DNA of 64,000 nucleotides, taken from the NCBI GenBank assembly GCA_965112735.1, contig CBCOSG010000001.1, positions 1-64,000 of the forward strand, written 5' to 3'. The translations under genes were made by a program, and so were the position numbers. Source of the DNA: Phaeosaccion multiseriatum (lineage: Eukaryota; Protista; Ochrophyta, other classes). Positions 50,591-63,046 of this stretch are shown one piece after another. Every line of letters begins with the position of its first letter. Within the stretch, counting starts at the first letter, position 1. Below the pieces are notes generated by a model. That model did no database searches, was not told the origin of the DNA, and was given only the letters and a program-made list of their open reading frames with translations.

Positions 50591-50832
50591 GTAGAGAGCT
50601 CATTAGTTTAATTTTTTATCAAATTAAAGAAGTTCATTAGTACACAAAACCAAAAAAAAATAAGCATACTCACCAAGAGCTTCAAAATCTCAGTGATGCT
50701 GATGCCTAAAAAATACCAAAACCCTATATTGTGTTTTAAGACTGACATAGGTTCCAGAAGCTTATGTTTCACCTTTATAAAGAAAACTTTCATTCTTAAA
50801 TTCTATACCGCCTGAGGTTCAAGACCTTATTT

Positions 50833-51000
50833 CTTTGAATTCAGCCGCAGATTCCTCTACGACTACCTTGTTACGACTTCATCTCAGTTACCAAGCCTAC
50901 TTTCAAATCCAAGAGAATAGACAAAGCATTTCATTGACATTCTTCGAGCAAGCCCGGCTTCCAACATGTGACGGGCGGTTTGTACAGAGCCTAGGTACAG

Positions 51001-51033
<33 letters not shown>

Positions 51034-52343
51034 TGATTCCGCCTTCGTGAAGCCGAGTTGCAGGCCTCAGTCTGAACCAAAGAAAGTGTTCAAGTTTGGC
51101 AAAGACTGATTTTATCTTTCCTACTCATTGTCCTTTCCATTGTAGCACGTGTGTAGCCCAGTTCATAAGGACCATAAGGACTTGTCTTCATCCTCGCCTT
51201 CCTCTTAAACCGTAGTCTAAGCAGTATGTGGAGTATGGACAAAGTTGGACTCACCAATTAAAACTTTGGTAAGAGCTTTATCTGCCACAAGAGGGTTGCG
51301 TCCGTTATAAGAGTGAACTTAACATCCTAAGACACGGACTGACGACAGCCATGCAATACCTGTACTTCCTGTCTTTGGTCTTATCTCCGAGGCCGAAAAG
51401 GGAAAGAAGTATTCCAGAACTGGTAAGGTTTGGCGCGTAGCATCGCATTAAACCACATGCTCCACCACTTGTATAAGCCCCCGCCAATTCCTTTGAATTT
51501 CAGATCTGAATGCTGTACTTCTCAGGCGCAGCCTTAGCCTTAGCAGGGAAGATGCTTAAACTTCTCAGTCTAAACAGCTAGGCTGATATTTTAGGGTGTG
51601 GACTACCAGGGGGTCAAGTCCTGTTTGCTCCCCACACTTTAGTCCCTGAAGGTCAGTGCGAATCTAGATAACCGCCTTCGCCTCTGGTATTCCCACTTAT
51701 GTCTACGGATTTTATCCCTAAATAAGTGATTCTGTTATCTTCTCTTCGACTCTAGCATCCCGGTTTTGTCAAAAGTCATACCCTTGGGGGGTAGAATTTA
51801 TCTTACGATCTAGGAAAATGCCCTCTACGAACCCTTTATGCCCAATCATTCTGGATAAGGCTTGCCCCCCTCGTATTACCGCGACTGCTGGCACGAGAAT
51901 TGGCCGGGACTACCCCTGTGAATGGCGTCTGAATCTTTCCACGGGAGAGGGGTTTACAACCAGTTTAGCCTTCTTCCCCCTTGGAATATTGCTGGATCAA
52001 GCTTCCGCTCATTGTCCAAGATTCCTCACTGCTGGCCCCTTACAGGGGCTTGGACCTTGTCTCAGTTCCAATGTGGCTGGTCGACCTCACAGACCAACTA
52101 AGGATCTTTGAATAGGAAGGCTGTCATCCTTCCTACTTCCTTAATCCTTCGAGGATTCTTCCTTTCTTTTTTGTCTAAATTAGGCAAAAGTGGGGAAGAC
52201 TCCCTACTTACTTTCTTCAGAAAGGGCAGATTTCCAAGTATTACTCACCCGTTCGCGCTTTCTTCTTCTAAGAGAAGGCAACACTCGCATGTGTTAGGCA
52301 TACTCCTAGCCTTCATCCTGAGCCAGGATCAAACTCAAGTCTT
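50833..52343 (-). rRNA. rns: small subunit rRNA (IR copy)
   Basis: Mirror of 29630..31140. Confidence 0.98.
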
Positions 52344-52847
52344 TGATCTTTTTTATTTCCAAGAAATAAACAAGGGGGATGTGGTCTATAAAGCTTTATT
52401 TTAATTTTATGATTTAGATTCTTGTGGATAAATAAATTTCCCCGGTTCCCGGACCAGCCAGTATGTAGGGCCCATTTGCAAATTACACTCCAGATCCTAC
52501 AGGGTTGGGGTTTCGTGCTAAAGATGGGACTCGCATTTGGTAGCCCTCTCATATGAGAAAACACAATCTAATGTAAGGAACAGGTTTTTTCGAGCACTTA
52601 CAGAGTTTTGGTTCAGTACAAAGGATTGGTTTAATTACGAGAGCAGACTTTTGGCTTTTTTAAGTGTACCTCTTTTTTTCCTCTTTTTTGTTCGGGTCTG
52701 TTCCCTAAAAACTTAATCAAAAAGAAAAGATTGATTAAAGATGTCCATCAATGAGTTTGTTAACTCATTTCTATTAGACGGAAAGAGCAATTTTTCCTCA
52801 TATTTAACTAAGAGATCATAACCAAATCAAGGAAATTTTATACTTTA

Positions 52848-54313
52848 ACTAGCGCATGATTGGGATGCTGAGTCTAGTTACCAAAGTCTCAGCTGCCTAA
52901 TAACCAACATTATAGCCTCCATTTGAGATGAAGTAAAGTGCTTTATACTTTTAGAACTAATAAACTTTATTTTATGGAACCGATAGAAAAGGTTCTCTTA
53001 TATCTTTGGTCCAGAGAATAAACCTTCCGTCCACTAAATGTTTCACTGTCAATCTAACCTTCTCTTCGGTGCCTTTTAAAAAATATTTAGTCTCTAGGCG
53101 TAAAATGGGGTTAAGGCTCAATGAAAATCAAACACTGCAAAGGATTTTTTAAACAATCGGTTTCTAATTGACGAAAGACATAGTTTTCTTTCTCAATCTT
53201 TGGTCTTCCACACTTCTATTTATCTCAATTTCGACCAAGTCTGCTATCTTAAGAGTCCCCTCTTTCTTAACTAGACTTCACTCCAAGTCTGACTTGATTC
53301 TATGGTGTGGTCTAAGTCTTGCAGGCAATCTTATTCTACTAATTTAGGGAAAATTATTATTTCTCAAGTATCTTTAGGGGTTAAATTAAGCTAAGCTTCG
53401 GCCAGAAGCTGACTAACTAAGAAAAGACTTGAGCTTACAAAAAAAGAACAGACCAAATAGTTCTAAACTGTGTTGATGAAATACTTTGTTTATTTTCCTG
53501 TATTTGATGAAAACTTAAAAGAACTTTAGCTTGTCTATTGGTAAAGCTTTATTTATCCGCATTTGAGTGACGGTTTTAAGGGCTGTAAAAAGCTTAAATA
53601 AGGGGTCAAAACTTGAGTTAGAGTAGATTAATGCTAAAACTTAATAAGTGAGGCATTTTGATCAAATAAGTCCTTCCTATCCTTGCATTAGGCTTCTGGG
53701 TGATAATACAATAGGTCAGTAGGAATCAAGAAGTACACCAATATACTTAAACTTTGGCAAGACTAACAAACATAGTTTTTATTTTTTTTTAGGATCGTGT
53801 AGATCAAAAAATTAGGTTTTTTAGTAAAGAATTAAAGTTTTGAAGCTTTTGTACTTTCGGTGTCTATTTTGCATCGAAGTCGACTTTTGGTTTCTATGGG
53901 AACAGTTTGTTGATCAAAAGCTCTCCTGTCTTTTCTCCTTAAATTTAGCCTGTAAATCGACGAAACTGACAAAGACATTTTAATTCATCTTTTGATTTTA
54001 TATAGAAAGCTTAAATAGAATTTTCTTCTTGGCTGTGGACAAGCCTTCTGAAGCCAAATATCTGCCTTTGTGCTTGTAGTGGGAAGAATCTTTCTAATCG
54101 ATATGTTTTGTCTTATATTTAAAGCGTTTTAGCCACCCAGACAAGGGAATTCTAGAATAGATTTTTTTTGTGGTATTCATTTTTTTTATTATCAACGGAC
54201 AACCAAAACTTTCTTTAATTTTTTAGATCAAAGACTTTTCTCAGAACTTTTGTTTTAGTTTCCCGCCAAAACTTTTTTTTTCTTTGTTCAAAAGCAAAAA
54301 CTGGGTTGTCACC
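52848..54313 (-). pseudogene. decayed nad11b (IR copy)
   Basis: Mirror of 27660..29125. Confidence 0.65.
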
Positions 54314-54387
54314 AAAGGAAAGACGAGAACTGAAATCCAAAAATACCCATGCAACAATGACAAAAAGACAGAAAAAAACCTACACAC

Positions 54388-54469
54388 AGGAGGGGATAGG
54401 ATTCGAACCTATGAAGGAAGTTCCATCAGATTTACAGTCTGACACCATTAACCACTCGGTCACCTCTCC
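54388..54469 (-). tRNA. trnY: tRNA-Tyr(GUA) (IR copy)
   Basis: Mirror of 27504..27585. Confidence 0.95.
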
Positions 54470-54477
54470 TTTAAACT

Positions 54478-54551
54478 TAGATTTGGTAAGACTTGAACTT
54501 ACATCCCTCGGGACCGAAATCCGACACTCTATCCAATTGAGCTACAAATCT
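54478..54551 (-). tRNA. trnR: tRNA-Arg(UCG) (IR copy)
   Basis: Mirror of 27422..27495. Confidence 0.92.
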
Positions 54552-54552
54552 G

Positions 54553-54667
54553 GGGGGCCTCTAGGTGGAAATCACAACACAACATAGTGTATTGTAGTTT
54601 CCTCCTAAATGCCACGGACTCTTTTCAGGCAGGCATCACCTGTTTTGTGGCCCCTATAAAGGGGCCA
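54553..54667 (-). ncRNA. structured element A (IR copy)
   Basis: Mirror of 27306..27420. Confidence 0.5.
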
Positions 54668-54818
54668 ATACAGAACAACATGGCTTTTATAAAGTCTTAC
54701 TTATAATATTTACAATTAGTCATCTACCTATGAAAACTATGAAAATGGCCACATGAAGAGCCGTAGAACTAAGTTTATCTCTAAAATCAGGACTACCAAC
54801 TTACTAAGATGTTATGAA

Positions 54819-55256
54819 CTACCAAAAACTACTTTTGAATTGCCACCAGATGTGAATTTTAGGTTGGTTATAGACCATGGAATACAATGACGCAAAATTC
54901 AAAAGGCTTTTCTCAGAAGGTAGACTTAAACGAGATTCAATTTTAGTTTCCACCTGAGGAAGAATATCCACCTGCATAAGTACCCAAAATCCGTAGCCCT
55001 CCTTTTTGTTAACCCAACCTCCTAAATGACATCTACCTGGATTAACGGATCTAGGACCCAAAATCTTCGGCTTAGTTCCATGCACCACATCCATAAATAC
55101 CAATGAACAAAGGCTAGGCGAGTTTTCTCCGCAAGGGCTCCCTCCTACAAGCCTAGGTAAAGGAAGGTGAGTGTTTTTCTTATTTACACTAGCTAGGTCA
55201 ATACTCTGGGTCAATAATTGGCAGTGAACGTCTTTTCTTAAAGAAATCAATTGCAT
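54819..55256 (-). CDS. rpl5: ribosomal protein L5 (IR copy)
   Basis: Mirror of 26717..27154. Confidence 0.65.
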   Translation of the reverse strand: MQLISLRKDVHCQLLTQSIDLASVNKKNTHLPLPRLVGGSPCGENSPSLCSLVFMDVVHGTKPKILGPRSVNPGRCHLGGWVNKKEGYGFWVLMQVDILPQVETKIESRLSLPSEKSLLNFASLYSMVYNQPKIHIWWQFKSSFW

Positions 55257-55636
55257 TACACCCATATAGGAGCCATACTGGCCACCTTCATAAATTTACG
55301 CTTTCTTAGTTCTATTGGAAGTGGATAAAACACTCTACTACCTAGTACTTTCTGATTTTTGGTAAAGCACAGTACCCGATTGTGACCAAAACGCAGGTTC
55401 AATCCATTTTTACGTCTTTGAATAGCACGAGTGTGTAAAATAAATCCTCGAAGTTTATCTCCCTTCCGTAAGCCATAACGCTGAGTAGCCTTTGACTTGA
55501 GTCGGCGAATTGACACAAGAAGATCTTGACCGAATTTAGCTTGACCTCCTCGTGGATAAGGTTTTATTTTGATACTTCGAAGCCTTTGGACCCCGGAATT
55601 ATCTCCGAGGCGAAACATGGTTTGGGTTTGAATCAT
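55256..55636 (-). CDS. rpl14: ribosomal protein L14 (IR copy)
   Basis: Mirror of 26337..26717. Confidence 0.94.
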   Translation of the reverse strand: MIQTQTMFRLGDNSGVQRLRSIKIKPYPRGGQAKFGQDLLVSIRRLKSKATQRYGLRKGDKLRGFILHTRAIQRRKNGLNLRFGHNRVLCFTKNQKVLGSRVFYPLPIELRKRKFMKVASMAPIWV

Positions 55637-55734
55637 AAGGTTTTTGTTTTATTTAAGCAGTAGGCAGATTGGGAAACATAAGCTCTTACTAGTCCTTCTT
55701 CTTTAGTAAAATTTATAAAAAGTCTACAGGACTC

Positions 55735-56265
55735 TTACTCTTTCCTCTCCCGTGGAGGGTCAATGTAGAAGCATACAGCCAACAATCCCAAGATACCCAA
55801 AGCCCCAAGATAGGGTTCATAGGGGTACATCTCCGAGATTGGTATGAGGTGGTAGACATGAGAAAATTGCTTGCATCCATAATAGGCGCAAACCTCTCCA
55901 AATAAGTACACTAAAATATAGTGTGTGAACCAAAAGAGGGAAAATGTTACTTTGGAAAGGGGGCTTAATCCCTGAAACTTTCCAAAGTTTACTGTTACCC
56001 CGGAATCTTGTTTGACCCTGTGGTCAAAAAAGAAGAGTCCTATAGCGCAAAGCACGATAAGACCGGTAACTCCCCCGATTATCGGCGAGGGAAAACTTTT
56101 CTTTCCCTTTAAAAAGTTTAGTAAGGATCCCACTTCAAGAAGGGATGATAATACTGCCATCGTAAATAGAATACAAGTGAAATAAGCAAAAAGGAATAGG
56201 TCCACCTTTTCTAAGAAGCTTCTATTCTTAAAGAAGGGTCTAATAAATTTTTTTTTAGTGCCCAT
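55735..56265 (-). CDS. orf176 (IR copy)
   Basis: Mirror of 25708..26238. Confidence 0.8.
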   Translation of the reverse strand: MGTKKKFIRPFFKNRSFLEKVDLFLFAYFTCILFTMAVLSSLLEVGSLLNFLKGKKSFPSPIIGGVTGLIVLCAIGLFFFDHRVKQDSGVTVNFGKFQGLSPLSKVTFSLFWFTHYILVYLFGEVCAYYGCKQFSHVYHLIPISEMYPYEPYLGALGILGLLAVCFYIDPPRERKE

Positions 56266-56525
56266 AGGACGTATAAATTTTCTCTATTTTGACTCGGGAG
56301 GTATTCTTTTTCTTTTTGCTTACTTTCCCTATTTACTTTCGTAATTGAATGATTTGAACAGTACGCTAAATCGCGTAAAGGTTCTCATTATTAATTTAAC
56401 CTATCTTAGATTTTTATCAAGCAGTTGATTTTGCAAGTAAGAACTTAAACCGAAACCTAGCAGAACTACCACAAAGTAAGCAATTAGTAAAAAAGGTAAC
56501 AAAAATGAATAAAACAAAATACTTC

Positions 56526-58247
56526 TTAATAAAAGTGGTGTAGACTGCATTGAATGCTAAATTCCATAGGACTAAGAAACCAAGAGGGCTGAACACCCAT
56601 CATTAGACTACATAGAATAAGACTACACAGTATTACAAAATCCAGAGGACTCAAATCATGAAATTCAGTCATATGATGAGTATTCAAATTCCCATAACAC
56701 ATACGATTGGCTAACCAAAGAGCATAGATAGCACTGAACACCATACCACTGCCTCCTAGTAAACAGCCAAGAGTATTTACGTGAAAAATACCAATTAAGA
56801 GAAGGAACTCCCCTACGAAACTACTGGTTCCTGGTAAACCCATGTTTGCCAAGCTAAAAAAAAGGAAACAGATTACAAAAAGAGGCATCACTTGAACCAA
56901 ACCTCCATAATAAGGTAGAAGGCGGTTGTGATAACGATCATAAACCACTCCAACACAAAGGAATAGGCCTGAAGATACTAAACCATGACTCAAACTTTGT
57001 AATAAAGCTCCTTGAATACCGGAGGTTGTAAAACTAAACATTCCTAATACTACCAAGTTCATATGAGCTACAGAGGTATAAGCAATAATACGCTTTAGAT
57101 CTACCTGTCGAATGGCTGTAAGAGAAGTATACACAACCCCTACAATTGCTAAACTGGATAAAAAGGGGCTAAAGTATAAGCTGGCCCATGGGAAAAGACC
57201 CAGAGAAAAACGTAAGAACCCGTAAGTTCCCAACTTTAATAAAATTCCTGCCAAAAGTACTGAAGCCGTAGTAGGGGCTTCTACATGAGCCTCAGGTAGC
57301 CAAACGTGGAAAGGTAACATCGGCAATTTGGAAGCAAAAGATAAAAAGAAACCTAACCAAAGGTAGTATTCCTCTGTTTTAGTCCAATTCAGATTCATAA
57401 GACTGATGTAATCTGTACTTCCGCATTCTACATACATGTAGAAAATGCTTAAAAGCATTGCCAACGAACCTCCGAGGGTATAAAAAAAGAACAACGTGGA
57501 CGCGTAAATCCGTCTTTTACTTGATCCCCAGGACCCCATAACAAAGTACATGGGAATAAGAATTCCCTCAAAACAGATGTAAAAAACCATTAAATCAAGT
57601 GTGCAAAACACAGCTAAAAGAAGAATTTCCATAATTAAGAAACAAATAAGGTATGATCTTATATTTCGATTTATACTTCCCCAAGCTGAAAGAGTACATA
57701 AAAAGAAAAGAAAAGTGGTTAAAAGAAAAAGGAAAACAGATAAACCATCTACACCCCAATCTTGAGTTAAACCCAAACTATAGAACCAAGACCATTGATA
57801 GCCCCATTGAAAATGTTGAGTAAAAGAAGAGAAGTAAGTCCAAAGGTAAAAAGAATACACAAAAGCTCCGCTTGCGATACTTAAGCATATCTGCTTGCAT
57901 AAAGATTCCTGACAAGAAGGCAAGACACAAAGAAGTGACACACCACCGATCACCCCTAAGAAAAGGTTTTCTAAGCCGGGAGAAGAACACAAAAGAAGAA
58001 AAATAAAACTTATAAGACCGAGCAAGCTGGGTTTAGGAAGATAAAAACTAAGAAGCGTTCCAAGACTACAAATTCCAAGAAAGTAACCGTATTCTCCTCC
58101 ATAAAACCAAGTTAGCCCAACAATATGTAAACTACCCAAAAGGACTTGAACATAAACTTTTGACTGATTCAAAAAATAAGGCAAAGAAATCTGGAGAAAG
58201 ACAGGATGCAAAAGAAAAACACTAGCGTAAGATAAAATAAAGCTCAT
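56526..58247 (-). CDS. nad4: NADH dehydrogenase subunit 4 (wrap-around copy)
   Basis: Identical to 466..2187. Confidence 0.97.
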   Translation of the reverse strand: MSFILSYASVFLLHPVFLQISLPYFLNQSKVYVQVLLGSLHIVGLTWFYGGEYGYFLGICSLGTLLSFYLPKPSLLGLISFIFLLLCSSPGLENLFLGVIGGVSLLCVLPSCQESLCKQICLSIASGAFVYSFYLWTYFSSFTQHFQWGYQWSWFYSLGLTQDWGVDGLSVFLFLLTTFLFFLCTLSAWGSINRNIRSYLICFLIMEILLLAVFCTLDLMVFYICFEGILIPMYFVMGSWGSSKRRIYASTLFFFYTLGGSLAMLLSIFYMYVECGSTDYISLMNLNWTKTEEYYLWLGFFLSFASKLPMLPFHVWLPEAHVEAPTTASVLLAGILLKLGTYGFLRFSLGLFPWASLYFSPFLSSLAIVGVVYTSLTAIRQVDLKRIIAYTSVAHMNLVVLGMFSFTTSGIQGALLQSLSHGLVSSGLFLCVGVVYDRYHNRLLPYYGGLVQVMPLFVICFLFFSLANMGLPGTSSFVGEFLLLIGIFHVNTLGCLLGGSGMVFSAIYALWLANRMCYGNLNTHHMTEFHDLSPLDFVILCSLILCSLMMGVQPSWFLSPMEFSIQCSLHHFY

Positions 58248-58352
58248 GGCCTTTTTCAAAACTTCGTATGTCCAATTATACTTATTTGTATGATTTTATA
58301 AATTCGAATCTTTTCCTTTTTTAAGTCTAGTTTATAAAAATTAATAAAAGCT

Positions 58353-58424
58353 CTCCCCAAACTGGATTCGAACCAATGACCTAATGGTTAACAGCCATTC
58401 GCTCTACCTCTGAGCTACTGAGGA
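58353..58424 (-). tRNA. trnN: tRNA-Asn(GUU) (wrap-around copy)
   Basis: Identical to 2293..2364. Confidence 0.95.
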
Positions 58425-58476
58425 CGAGGACGAAGTCCTTAGTTATAACCTGAAGGTTTAATCTTGCTATATAAAT

Positions 58477-58761
<285 letters not shown>

Positions 58762-58804
58762 TTATATGAGCCCCTCTTAACAAATGTAAAAGTCCATAGG
58801 GGTC

Positions 58805-59377
58805 TTATTCTTTTCTTTTGCGTGGAGGGTCAAGGTATAACCAGAGAATGAACAATCCCAATATACCCAAAGACCCAAGATAGGGTTCATATGGGTACGT
58901 CTCCGAGATTGGTATGAGGTGGTAGTGCTGACAAGAGTATTTGTACGCATAATAGGCACAAGTCCCTCCAAATATGCACACTAAAATATAGTGTGCGAAC
59001 CAAAACAGGGTAAACTTTATCTTGGAAAGGGGGCTTAATCCCTGAAACTTCCCAAAGTTTTCTGTTACTCCGGGATCTTCTTTGACCTCCCATTCAAGAA
59101 TATAGAATGCAAAACCGAAAAGTATGAGAATAGCGATAACCCCTGGGGTTATCCCCGAGGTAAAACGTGTGTCCCCATGTAAAAATAAATCCAACATTAA
59201 TACCTCAAGAAGGGAGGATAATCCTACCAGCCCAAATAGAACAATGTTGAAAAGTCTGAAAAAGAACAGGTCGACCTTCTCCAAGAAGGTACGATTTTCA
59301 TATCGGGGAAAAATGTAAACTGTTTTTTTTTTTATATTTTCAGGACCTCTGATTTTTTTTCTTAATTTTTGTTCCAT
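58805..59377 (-). CDS. orf190 (wrap-around copy)
   Basis: Identical to 2745..3317. Confidence 0.8.
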   Translation of the reverse strand: MEQKLRKKIRGPENIKKKTVYIFPRYENRTFLEKVDLFFFRLFNIVLFGLVGLSSLLEVLMLDLFLHGDTRFTSGITPGVIAILILFGFAFYILEWEVKEDPGVTENFGKFQGLSPLSKIKFTLFWFAHYILVCIFGGTCAYYAYKYSCQHYHLIPISETYPYEPYLGSLGILGLFILWLYLDPPRKRKE

Positions 59378-59387
59378 AGTAGTTCAA

Positions 59388-59672
59388 TTACCATGACGAT
59401 TTAGTCATACCAAAAAGTAAGCCAGCCTTATAAAACCTCCGAAAACTTAAACGAGACAAACGGTGGGAGCGCAGCACACTTCTACTGCGTCCTGTATCCA
59501 AACACCGTCGATTTAGACGTACCAAACTGCCAGAAAATTTTTTTTCCTGTAGCCACCAAGTCCGGTGACTTTTTAACAAGGTCTTTGTTAACTTAAATTG
59601 AACTCTTCGGTTTATTTGACTTTCTGCTTCCTTTCGATGCTTTTGATCTCTGCGTACCCAAGCTTTTACCAT
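59388..59672 (-). CDS. rps14: ribosomal protein S14 (wrap-around copy)
   Basis: Identical to 3328..3612. Confidence 0.93.
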   Translation of the reverse strand: MVKAWVRRDQKHRKEAESQINRRVQFKLTKTLLKSHRTWWLQEKKFSGSLVRLNRRCLDTGRSRSVLRSHRLSRLSFRRFYKAGLLFGMTKSSW

Positions 59673-60028
59673 TCTAAACTTCCGATTTTCCAAGCGTACA
59701 CAAAACCTAAGCAAAGTTCAAGAATAAAATCAATACCGGCCCAAAATCCTACATAAGTCATTTGACTTAAACTTACCCCCCAAGGAAATAAAAAGATAGC
59801 TTCCACATCAAAAATTAAAAAGAGGATGGCTACCAGATAGAAACGAACATCAAAAGCGTTACGAGCATCTTCGTAAGGATCAAACCCACACTCGTAAGTG
59901 GAAAGTTTTTCAGTATCACCGGCACTGGTGCTTAAAAGGTAAGATAAACCAAAAATTAAACTAGACACGCCAAAACTTAACAACAAGAGTATAAGAATAC
60001 CATAATAATCTTGAAAAAATAAGGACAT
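59666..60028 (-). CDS. nad3: NADH dehydrogenase subunit 3 (wrap-around copy)
   Basis: Identical to 3606..3968. Confidence 0.98.
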   Translation of the reverse strand: MSLFFQDYYGILILLLLSFGVSSLIFGLSYLLSTSAGDTEKLSTYECGFDPYEDARNAFDVRFYLVAILFLIFDVEAIFLFPWGVSLSQMTYVGFWAGIDFILELCLGFVYAWKIGSLEW

Positions 60029-60282
60029 CTTTAATTAAATTTTTTAAAAAATACTTGTTCTACTTTGTATACTAACACAATGTTAAATTTAGAAAGCAAA
60101 AGTTTTGATTTTAATTCTCTTTATAAAGTCTGTTAGTCTTATCTTCGTTAGATAGTGTTTTTGTTGGAGTAATAAAGCTTTGGTCCAATTATTACTAACA
60201 CAATTTTCAAATTTTAACTTTTTTTAAATGAAACTCAGTCGATTAATAATTTTAAATAAGTTCTTGCCTAAATACCTAAGTC

Positions 60283-60355
60283 TGAGTAAATTGGGACTTG
60301 AACCCAAAACTCCCGGATTAAAAGTCCGACACTCTACCCATTGAGTTATTTACTC
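60283..60355 (-). tRNA. trnK: tRNA-Lys(UUU) (wrap-around copy)
   Basis: Identical to 4223..4295. Confidence 0.95.
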
Positions 60356-60415
60356 TTTGAATCTTCTTTTAGAGCTTACACGTATAAAATATAGGAAAAG
60401 AACGTTTTTTTGATA

Positions 60416-61417
60416 TTAAGCACAAAAAGCCGGAAATCCTTGAAGACCTAAAAGAACACCTACTGATAAAATTACCCAAGCTAGAGAGAAGGGGAGAAAA
60501 ACTTTCCAACCTAAATTCATGAGTTGGTCGTAACGAAAGCGAGGTAGTATTGCTCGACACAAGATAAACAGGCAGACAAAAAAGCAAATTTTTAAGCCGA
60601 ACCAGGGAAGTTGACTCCACAAAGGAAGTTTACTTCCTACCATAGGCCACCATCCGCCAAGAAAGAGAAGGCTGCAAAGAGCACTCATAAAAAGCATGTT
60701 CAAATATTCCCCTAAAAAAAACAAAGCAAAACCCATGGCGGAATACTCTACATTGTATCCCGAAACTAATTCTGCTTCTGCTTCGGACAAGTCAAAAGGA
60801 TGACGATTGGTTTCAGCGAGAATACAGACAAAAAACATCACACTAAGAGGACCTAAAGGCAGACAAAACCATACCTCTTCTTGAGCAAAAATCATTTGGT
60901 TAAAATTGTAGCTGCCTACGCAGCACAAAAGACTTACCAAAATAAAGCCCATAGAAACCTCGTAGGATACCATTTGAGCAGCCGATCGCAGTCCACCTAA
61001 AAAAGCATATTTTGAATTACTGGCCCAGCCTGCAATAATAATGGCACACACTCCAAGAGCAGAAATGGCAAAAACGTATAAGAGTCCAAGGTCGATGTCC
61101 GCAAGAATTCCTCCTTCTTTTAGAGGCATTACACCCCAGTTTAAAATGCTAAAAGCAAAACAACATATAGGAGCAAAAGCAAACAACACTGTGTTAGCGT
61201 TGCTGGGAGCAATACTTTCTTTAACAAAAAGTTTTAGTCCATCGGCAAGTGGTTGTAGAATACCCATATACCCGACTACATTTGGTCCTCTACGACGTTG
61301 TATAGAACCCATAAGCTTACGTTCTAATAAAGTAAAATAGGCTACACACAAAAGAGAAGGCACAAGAATAATAAGAATCTTTATTAAGCTCACGAGATTG
61401 AGTTGAATTAAGCTCAT
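60416..61417 (-). CDS. nad1: NADH dehydrogenase subunit 1 (wrap-around copy)
   Basis: Identical to 4356..5357. Confidence 0.98.
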   Translation of the reverse strand: MSLIQLNLVSLIKILIILVPSLLCVAYFTLLERKLMGSIQRRRGPNVVGYMGILQPLADGLKLFVKESIAPSNANTVLFAFAPICCFAFSILNWGVMPLKEGGILADIDLGLLYVFAISALGVCAIIIAGWASNSKYAFLGGLRSAAQMVSYEVSMGFILVSLLCCVGSYNFNQMIFAQEEVWFCLPLGPLSVMFFVCILAETNRHPFDLSEAEAELVSGYNVEYSAMGFALFFLGEYLNMLFMSALCSLLFLGGWWPMVGSKLPLWSQLPWFGLKICFFVCLFILCRAILPRFRYDQLMNLGWKVFLPFSLAWVILSVGVLLGLQGFPAFCA

Positions 61418-61471
61418 GTAAGTTTGATTTTATAAGATAAGTAAATTAAGAAAGTGTGCTCATTTACAATT

Positions 61472-61554
61472 TACTCGCTACCGGACTTGAACCGATATTT
61501 CTTCAAGAAAATAGATTTTAAGTCTACCGTGTCTACCAATTCCACCAAGCGAGC
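61472..61554 (-). tRNA. trnL: tRNA-Leu(UAA) (wrap-around copy)
   Basis: Identical to 5412..5494. Confidence 0.95.
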
Positions 61555-61689
61555 ATCTTGTCAAGTAAAGGCTTTAATTTGTTTTCTATAACGTCTTATA
61601 ATTTATAATTGCTTATAATACGGTTCGGTTATTTGGCTGAGTACTTTAAGCTCTGCAATTTAGAAGTACTTGTCTGAACCTAAACAAAT

Positions 61690-62448
61690 TTAGTTGGACA
61701 AAGTATATTCTGCATAATCGGCCAGATCAACAGCTTTGACAACGATAGGCATGAAACCGTGGCTTTTACCACAAATTTCACTGCACTGACCGTAAAGTAC
61801 TCCAGATCGCTTTAGGTAGATGCATACCTGATTTAAACGACCGGGGCAAGCGTCTACTTTTACACCCAGTGAAGGTACTGCCCAAGAATGAAGGACATCG
61901 GCCGAAGTTACTAATAGACGAATATGAGTGTTGGTGGGTAAAACCAGACGATGATCCACCTCCAGTAATCGAAAATCTCCTTTTTGTAAGTCGCTATCTG
62001 CTTTCATATACGAATCAAAAGAAAGACTTTCTTGATCTGCTCTCTGATTATAATCAGAGCATTCGTAACTCCAATACCACTGATGGCCAATAGCTTTTAC
62101 GCTTAAACTAGGATCTAAGACCTCTTCTAAGGAATACAAAAGAGCAAAAGAAGGCAATCCGATAAAAATTAGAATTACTGCCGGAAACAAAGTCCAAATA
62201 ATTTCTAAATTGGTAGAGTGAGACCAAGGCCCATCTTTGCCTATTTCCAATTTAGTTTTTGAAAAGTCCATTTCAAAACTGCAAGGATAAGAAAAGTTTG
62301 TCGCGATAATTTGACCCTGGTAATGATCAAAAGAGCGATATAACATCCACAGAACTAAAGTACCCACTAGAATAAGATAAAACATGGTCAGATTGTGAAA
62401 ATTAATCATTCCTTCCATGATTGGGGTGACCGGGTCTTGAAAAGTCAT
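61690..62448 (-). CDS. cox2: cytochrome c oxidase subunit 2 (wrap-around copy)
   Basis: Identical to 5630..6388. Confidence 0.98.
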   Translation of the reverse strand: MTFQDPVTPIMEGMINFHNLTMFYLILVGTLVLWMLYRSFDHYQGQIIATNFSYPCSFEMDFSKTKLEIGKDGPWSHSTNLEIIWTLFPAVILIFIGLPSFALLYSLEEVLDPSLSVKAIGHQWYWSYECSDYNQRADQESLSFDSYMKADSDLQKGDFRLLEVDHRLVLPTNTHIRLLVTSADVLHSWAVPSLGVKVDACPGRLNQVCIYLKRSGVLYGQCSEICGKSHGFMPIVVKAVDLADYAEYTLSN

Positions 62449-62520
62449 AGAGCAAAAAAACTTTAAAACACTTGTACAAAATAAAAATGTGTCGGTCTTA
62501 AACTATTTAATACAAAGGAC

Positions 62521-62886
62521 TTATTTAGTACCAGTTTTTAATTTTGTATCTTTGTTGCAAAGACAGAACTGAAACTTAAATTGTACTTGATCATCAAAAG
62601 AAGTTTGTAACCAATTTAGATAACGTAGTATTGGATAAAGCTTCATGTGTGAAAAATATAAACAAGCCTTGTAAGTACGGCGTTCGTAAGTATTTCGAGA
62701 CTTGGAATGCACATGGGAAGAGCGTAGCAAAGTCCAAGTTTTTTTTTGATAAGGGGTATTTTCTATTCTGTAGGTATGCCGTGCTGGAATTTCTTGTAAA
62801 ACTAAAGCAAGAAGTCCTTTAGAATAGGTTCTAATGTTTATTTTTACGCTCGCAAGAGAAGTTGAATGGGGTGTAGCTAATTTCAT
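62521..62886 (-). CDS. rps10: ribosomal protein S10 (wrap-around copy)
   Basis: Identical to 6461..6826. Confidence 0.88.
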   Translation of the reverse strand: MKLATPHSTSLASVKINIRTYSKGLLALVLQEIPARHTYRIENTPYQKKTWTLLRSSHVHSKSRNTYERRTYKACLYFSHMKLYPILRYLNWLQTSFDDQVQFKFQFCLCNKDTKLKTGTK

Positions 62887-62941
62887 ATATATATTTTGGT
62901 TTTTATACTAAATCCCAGAAAATCAGGAAAGGGGATGTTGT

Positions 62942-63015
62942 AATCAAAGGTAGAATCTAGATTTACGACTTTTGGATCATGAGCCTAACAAGCTGACCAA
63001 GTGTTTTAGTCCACC
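62942..63015 (-). pseudogene. degenerate trnfM (wrap-around copy)
   Basis: Identical to 6882..6955. Confidence 0.8.
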
Positions 63016-63046
63016 AGTATATGAAAAAACTACGTGAATTTTAGAT

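Larger units (their letters stand above)
41005..56496 (-). repeat. Large inverted repeat, arm B
   Basis: Reverse complement of 25477-40968. Confidence 0.97.
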